From an uncultured Planctomycetaceae bacterium (GTDB lineage Bacteria; Planctomycetota; UBA1135; GCA-002686595): a stretch of DNA of 64,000 bases. The stretch's first letter is position 1, and every line of letters starts with the position of its first letter. Shown one piece after another: positions 60,601-64,000 of this stretch. The DNA lies in assembly GCA_964631945.1 (NCBI GenBank), contig CAZWAY010000005.1, forward strand, positions 53,669 to 117,668, written 5' to 3'. A program made the translations under genes and the position numbers. The notes under the pieces were generated by a model that worked only from the letters and a program-made list of their open reading frames with translations, ran no database searches and was not told where the DNA came from.

Positions 60601-61167
60601 CGCCACGCGCTCGGCCGGGTCGAGCGGACGTGCGCTGCGCGTGCGCGCGACGGATCGTCGCGCGAGCGCGGCCGGCGACACGGCGACGAACAGCCGCCGC
60701 GCGGGCACGCGCCCGGCCAGCGCGAGCGCGAGCCGCGGGTGATCGACGAGCAGGAACAGTCCCTCCTGGAAGCGCTCGACCGCCGCGACGAGCTCGAAGT
60801 GCTCGGGCGCGAGCCCGCGCTCGTGCTCCGCGCGATCTCCGGGATCGCCACCGAGCTGGCGCGCCGAGACCAGCTTGCACAGGTTGCGGTAGCCCTGGGC
60901 GTCGCTCGCCAGCGCGATCACGCGTCCGGGACGTCCGCTCGGATCGCTGAGCTCCGCGCCGAGGATCGGGCGCACGCGCGCCGTGTTCGCTCCGCCGTCC
61001 AGGCGCTCGGCCGCCTTCAGGAAGTCCACCGAGCCGCCGAGCGTGTCCACGTCGGTGAGCGCCAGCGCGGGCAGAGCGAGCTCCGCCGCGCGCGCGAGCA
61101 GCGCCGCGGGGGGATCGACGCCGGTCAGCAGGGAATGCCAGCCGTGGCTGCGCAGGGGGACGTACAT
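57688..61167 (-). CDS. dnaE2: Error-prone DNA polymerase DnaE2 (ImuC), 1159 aa
   Basis: PHP domain LRSHGWHSLLTGVDPPAAL, and polIII-alpha core GIPSVGRGSAADSLVAYCLELTDADP, GLVKMDLLGNRALTV, and FGFCKAHAVTYGRIAYRTAYLKAHHP. The overlapping 1225-aa ORF 57635..61312 in another frame is junk. Confidence 0.9.
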   Translation of the reverse strand: MYVPLRSHGWHSLLTGVDPPAALLARAAELALPALALTDVDTLGGSVDFLKAAERLDGGANTARVRPILGAELSDPSGRPGRVIALASDAQGYRNLCKLVSARQLGGDPGDRAEHERGLAPEHFELVAAVERFQEGLFLLVDHPRLALALAGRVPARRLFVAVSPAALARRSVARTRSARPLDPAERVALLPAPKVPPPARAVPAQELLACARAARLATLAVPDVHCARAADYAAHRVRAAIKHNALRCDLAREWLAEEPAHLLGSAEMATLYAGLPECRGPFRASKKGVLGLLARTLEIAEACRYVPPLGGVLFPSIELEGHETPYSALCALAFDGARKRYTPLRPEVVRRLEHELAAIEGLGFAPYFLLVKKIADFARARGIPSVGRGSAADSLVAYCLELTDADPLRYRLPFERFLNPARKDRPDIDLDFCWRRRDEVLAEVGTAFGLERTAMIATLSTFGMRAAFRAVALAEGLAPVEVNRWSRRLPGMGAELGAAEAGTGEVPDGSEEEEEEGREGERARDDTPLLHALPPALAHDPIARTLAATPECRGFPFEDPRHAFVLRMASALLDCPRHLGLHPGGVVVTPGPITDFVACQRAAKGVIVTQLDKDGVEAIGLVKMDLLGNRALTVVDDCLRALGLSHAELARIPEDDERTGALLERGATLGCFQIESPGMRNLLQQTGARTMDAVIQAVALIRPGPAGSGMKDAFIRRFRGLEPPHAPHPRLEELLAETQGVMLYQEDVMQVVVLLAGFELSEADLLRRALAKRRGPELIELRARFLAACEGERIARCDAERVWELVANFSAFGFCKAHAVTYGRIAYRTAYLKAHHPAEFLTAFLNSQTGYYDARVYVEEARRLGVPILPPDVNRSDTGFTLERGGRDGTPALRVGLERVKGLSEATRQALLAERERGGPYLSLPDFVERSGARADESERLILCGALDAFDRTRPEMLLRLHLLSSPARRPPSGLDARALAACRTSPAARERASGWSRPALAPDARRLRPGESTPLFPAPPPSALALPALPEFDPVRRGRLELELLGLTVCAHPTTLFPCLARDEHGASLPCAELAHRRGERVQLVGWLAASRPVRTSAGGWMRFLTLEDESGIAEVVVFPPVYARDGHRLIGRGPFRIHGRVEEHLGACTLHAERIG

Positions 61168-61197
61168 GGGCGCTCGATGACGCCCCCCACGGCCCGG

Positions 61198-61215
61198 ACC
61201 CTAACAAAAGGCGAA
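61198..61215 (-). promoter_or_regulatory. Conserved 18-nt motif (coding-strand TTCGCCTTTTGTTAGGGT) about 30 nt upstream of dnaE2: candidate SOS operator overlapping an extended -10 (TGTTAGGGT)
   Basis: 16 of 18 nt identical to the motif at 63876-63893 upstream of imuB (TTCGCCATCTGTTAGGGT). Resembles a GTTC-N7-GTTA direct repeat. Confidence 0.45.
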
Positions 61216-61314
61216 TCCGCCGTCCAGTTCTCCGGCGCGGTTCGCCGCGGTGGACGCCGCCCGTCCGCACCCCCAGAATGCCCGCCTTCCATTTCCCCCG
61301 ACGAACGAGCATCC

Positions 61315-61449
61315 ATGGGCAGAGGCGACAAGAAGACGCGGCGCGGCAAGATCTCGAATGGCACCTTCGGCAAACGCCGCCCGCGCCTGCGCAACGTGAA
61401 GTCGGCCGCCAAGAAGGCTGCCAAGGCCGGCAAGCCGGCCCCCAAGTAG
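61315..61449 (+). CDS. 30S ribosomal protein bTHX (Thx) homolog, 44 aa
   Basis: MGRGDKKTRRGKISNGTFGKRRPRLRNVKSAAKKAAKAGKPAPK. Compare Thermus Thx [24 protein letters not shown]. It is the tail of the spurious 448-aa ORF 60103..61449. Confidence 0.55.
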   Translation: MGRGDKKTRRGKISNGTFGKRRPRLRNVKSAAKKAAKAGKPAPK

Positions 61450-61495
61450 TTCCCCGCGCGGGGGCGCCCCGCCTCGCCCGCCCGACTTCCGGCGT

Positions 61496-62437
61496 TCAGA
61501 CGCCCAGCAGACCGCGCAGCGCGCCGAGGTCTGCGTGGCGTGCGCTGGCCGCGATCTCGGCCGCGTGCCGGGGTTCGAGTTCGCGCGCGCGACCGAGCAG
61601 CTCGGCGAAGAGCTGCTTGAGCTCGCTGCCCGAGAGCGTGCGCCCGCCCGCGTAGTAGCGCTTGGCCGCGTGCCCGAGCGCGTAGGTGGTCGCGAACGAG
61701 AAGCCCGCGCCCGTCGCGCCGCGCGCCAGTCCGCCGAGCAGGCCGCCCGCCGCGCGCCCGAACAGGCCACCGACGAGCTGGCGCGCGAAGCCCTCGATCA
61801 GCTGCGAGGCCAGGCCCACGCCGGCCACACCCAGGAAGTCCTGCACGTGCCCGCGGTCGAGCTCGAACCCGTGGCGCTTCCCGATCTGGTACACCAGGCG
61901 CATCTGCAGCGGCAGGATCGCGAGCGTCGCCAGGCGCTGCGGCAGGAGCTCGAGCCCGCCGCACAGGATCGCCTGGCGCAGGATCAGCGCGTCGAGCTCG
62001 GCCTCGCCCGTCGGCCCCGCGGCGGACGTCGTGCCGCTCAGCGGCGCGTCCGCGAGCGCATCCGCCTCGCGCCGGAAGCGCTCGGTACTCGTGCTCGACA
62101 GTCCGAGCGCGCGCGCCAGCTCGTCCAGGAACGCGCGCTCTGCCTCGTTCGTCGCGCCGTCCGCGCCGCACACGCAGGTCGCGAGCTCGTGGGCCAGTTC
62201 GCGCGCCGCCGGCGAGGTCAACTCGTGAGCGCTCTGCGCGAGCCCGCGCCGTCCGTCCTCGACCTCGCTCCACAGCGTCTCGACGTCCAGCCCCTCGCTC
62301 CCGATGCGCCCGAGCGCGGCGTGGATGGCGGTCTTCTCGCGCTCGTCACGGGTCCCGTCGGCGCGCGCGGCGAGCAGCGCGATGGTCAGCAAGGCTCGCG
62401 AGTTCTGCGTGTCCATGCCGTGACTGTATCTTTCCAT
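61496..62437 (-). CDS. TerB-like (DUF533-type) N-terminal domain protein with Gly-rich C-terminal domain
   Basis: C-terminal 313 aa of ORF 61496..63688: LLTIALLAARADGTRDEREKTAIHAAL...NEAERAFLDELARALGL (TerB-like), then RLVYQIGKRHGFELDRGHVQDFLGVAGVGLASQL...FATTYALGHAAKRYY. Alternative start MDTQNSR (62416). Confidence 0.55.
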   Translation of the reverse strand: MERYSHGMDTQNSRALLTIALLAARADGTRDEREKTAIHAALGRIGSEGLDVETLWSEVEDGRRGLAQSAHELTSPAARELAHELATCVCGADGATNEAERAFLDELARALGLSSTSTERFRREADALADAPLSGTTSAAGPTGEAELDALILRQAILCGGLELLPQRLATLAILPLQMRLVYQIGKRHGFELDRGHVQDFLGVAGVGLASQLIEGFARQLVGGLFGRAAGGLLGGLARGATGAGFSFATTYALGHAAKRYYAGGRTLSGSELKQLFAELLGRARELEPRHAAEIAASARHADLGALRGLLGV

Positions 62438-62481
62438 GCGCACGGGACGAGGGCCATGACCACGCGCACCGAGGACGCCCG

Positions 62482-63852
62482 TCACTGATTCAGCGACGGC
62501 GTGCGCAGCCGGAAGCCGTCGGGGCGCAGCGGGTGGCTTTGCGCGAGCGGCGTGCTCGTGCCGCGCAGGATGCGGCCGAAGCCGAGCTTCGCGCGCAATT
62601 CGTCGAGGGCGTGGTCGAGGCGGCGGTGGCGGTCGGCGCGGCTGGCGTCGTGCGTCGCGGGCCCGGGGCAGTCGTGGGCGAGCTCGTCCGCGCCCGAGAA
62701 GAGTTGCCCCTGCCAGCCGGGCGCGCGCGCCAGGCCGTGGAAGGCGATCCCGAGGCGCTTCAGCAGCGCGCGCTTCCTCGGCAGCGTGCGGTAGAGCGCG
62801 AGCGCGGCGCGCCACAGCTCGTCGGTCGCGTCGCTGGGCGCGCTCAGGGCGCGCCGGCGCTGGGCCGCCAGGCCCTCCTCCGACCACGCGCCCGGGCGCG
62901 GGTTCGTGTCGACCCAGCGCACGCGCACCTCGAGCGTGCGCGCCTGCACGCCGAGCGCGCGCAGGCGCTGCGCGCCGCGCTCGACCAGGTACGAGAGCAT
63001 CGCCTCGACCACCTCCGGGCGGCCCTCCTCGGGCTCGAAGGTGGTCTCGCGCGAGAGCGACTTCGGCGGGCGCGCCAGCAGCGCGCCGTCCTCGCCGAGC
63101 GCGTGCGTGGCCTCGACCGGGGCCTCGTCGCGGCCGTGGGCGCGCTCGAACAGCACGAGTCCGGCGCTGCCGAAGGCGGTGAAGAGCACCTCGCGCGAGA
63201 GCAGGCGCAGCTCGCACACTCGCCGCAGCGCGAAGCGCTCGAGCGCGGCGCCCGTGGCGTGCCCGACGCCGGGCAGGTGCTCGAGCGGCAGCGCGCCCAC
63301 GAAGGCGAGCTCGTGCCCGGGCAGGACCTCGCACACGCCGGCGGGCTTGGCGAGCTTGCCCGCCAGGCGCGCCACGAGCCGGTTCGAGCCCACGCCGACG
63401 GTGAGCGCGAGGCGTGTGTGCGCCTTCACTGCGCGCTGGATCGCCAGCGCGGCGTCGAAGGCCGCGCCGAAGAGCCGCGCGCTGCCCGTCAGATCGAGGT
63501 AGAAGTCGTCGATCGAGGCGACCTCGACACGCGGCGTGAAGCCCAGCAGGACGCGCGTGGCCTCGTCGCGCAGGCGGTTGGCGGCCTGCGAATCGCCGTC
63601 GCGGAACAGCGCGCGTGGACAGCGGCGCTTCGCCTCCGAGAGGTGCATGCCCGCGCGCACGCCGAAGGCGCGCGCCTCGTAGGAGCACGACATCACCAGG
63701 TTGCGCGAGGTGGGCGCGCCGCCGACGACCACCGGCTTGCCGACCAGCTCCGGGTGCAGCGCCTGCTCGACGGACGCCAGGAAGGCGTCCACGTCGAGGT
63801 GCAGGATGCGGCGCGTGGTGCGCGGGAGGAGGGCGTCGCGATGGGGGGGCAC
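62482..63852 (-). CDS. imuB: ImuB (Y-family DNA polymerase-like, catalytically degenerate) of the imuB-dnaE2 mutagenesis cassette
   Basis: RRILHLDVDAFLASVEQALHPELVGKPVVVGG (Y-family N-terminus), and SIDDFYLDLTG. GTG start at 63852 chosen because the shared upstream motif lies at 63876-63893. The ORF track extends to 63981, so the start is uncertain. Confidence 0.75.
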   Translation of the reverse strand: MPPHRDALLPRTTRRILHLDVDAFLASVEQALHPELVGKPVVVGGAPTSRNLVMSCSYEARAFGVRAGMHLSEAKRRCPRALFRDGDSQAANRLRDEATRVLLGFTPRVEVASIDDFYLDLTGSARLFGAAFDAALAIQRAVKAHTRLALTVGVGSNRLVARLAGKLAKPAGVCEVLPGHELAFVGALPLEHLPGVGHATGAALERFALRRVCELRLLSREVLFTAFGSAGLVLFERAHGRDEAPVEATHALGEDGALLARPPKSLSRETTFEPEEGRPEVVEAMLSYLVERGAQRLRALGVQARTLEVRVRWVDTNPRPGAWSEEGLAAQRRRALSAPSDATDELWRAALALYRTLPRKRALLKRLGIAFHGLARAPGWQGQLFSGADELAHDCPGPATHDASRADRHRRLDHALDELRAKLGFGRILRGTSTPLAQSHPLRPDGFRLRTPSLNQ

Positions 63853-63875
63853 GCTCGGGATCCTCGCTGGCCGAA

Positions 63876-63893
63876 ACCCTAACAGATGGCGAA
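63876..63893 (-). promoter_or_regulatory. Second copy of the conserved motif, 24 nt upstream of the imuB GTG
   Basis: Plus strand reads ACCCTAACAGATGGCGAA, versus ACCCTAACAAAAGGCGAA at 61198-61215. Confidence 0.45.
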
Positions 63894-64000
63894 CTTCGGC
63901 GCCCCGGGCCGCCCCCCGAGGGGCGGGCGCTAGGCTGTGCCGCCCATGGAACTCGTGCTCGTCCACCCGGAGATCCCGCACAACTCCGGTTGCGCCGCGC

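Noticed and set aside
57635-61312. 1225-aa minus ORF overlapping dnaE2 in a different frame
   Set aside because: The 57688..61167 frame carries the PHP and PolIII-alpha motifs. This frame is Arg/Ala/Gly junk.

Overview
A 64 kb, very GC-rich (roughly 70% by eye), gene-dense bacterial chromosomal segment. Its gene content looks Myxococcota-like: several ECF sigma factors with anti-sigma partners, a Ser/Thr kinase, an H+-pyrophosphatase, a class-I-like HMG-CoA reductase, NfeD/flotillin, and an imuB/dnaE2 mutagenesis cassette. I can support about 52 protein-coding genes and one tRNA (type II tRNA-Leu, anticodon GAG, minus strand). The six-frame ORF track is dominated by long spurious ORFs, either antisense or out of frame, as expected at this GC. 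Real genes were picked by recognisable family motifs, and their true starts are often far inside the listed ORFs.

The most interesting content is a five-gene respiratory operon at 25.9-32.8 kb on the plus strand. It encodes a TAT-exported Rieske protein, a split b6f-like cytochrome b in two genes, a 1188-aa membrane-anchored octahaem cytochrome c with a long coiled-coil, and a cupredoxin, and it is closed by a clean rho-independent terminator. This is a non-canonical Rieske/cytochrome b complex with neither cytochrome c1 nor cytochrome f.

Other notable items:
- An ECF sigma / anti-sigma operon at 2.8-7.9 kb on the minus strand. The anti-sigma carries five to six CarboxypepD_reg-like repeats and is followed by two paralogous TM + coiled-coil + TPR-like genes, all translationally coupled.
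- A low-GC islet at 8.4-9.3 kb holding a predicted nucleotidyltransferase.
- A second low-GC islet at 12.7-13.3 kb holding a LysW-like zinc-ribbon protein with a non-canonical C-terminus.
- A conserved 18-nt motif upstream of both imuB and dnaE2, with a TerB-like gene and a tiny bTHX ribosomal-protein gene inserted between them.
- A four-repeat HTH-like tandem-repeat protein at 56.8-57.7 kb.
- An HMG-CoA reductase translationally coupled to a two-TM membrane protein.

No CRISPR array, IS element or rRNA was seen.

Coordinates of internal starts were derived by counting codons from the ORF-track ends and may be off by one to three nucleotides.
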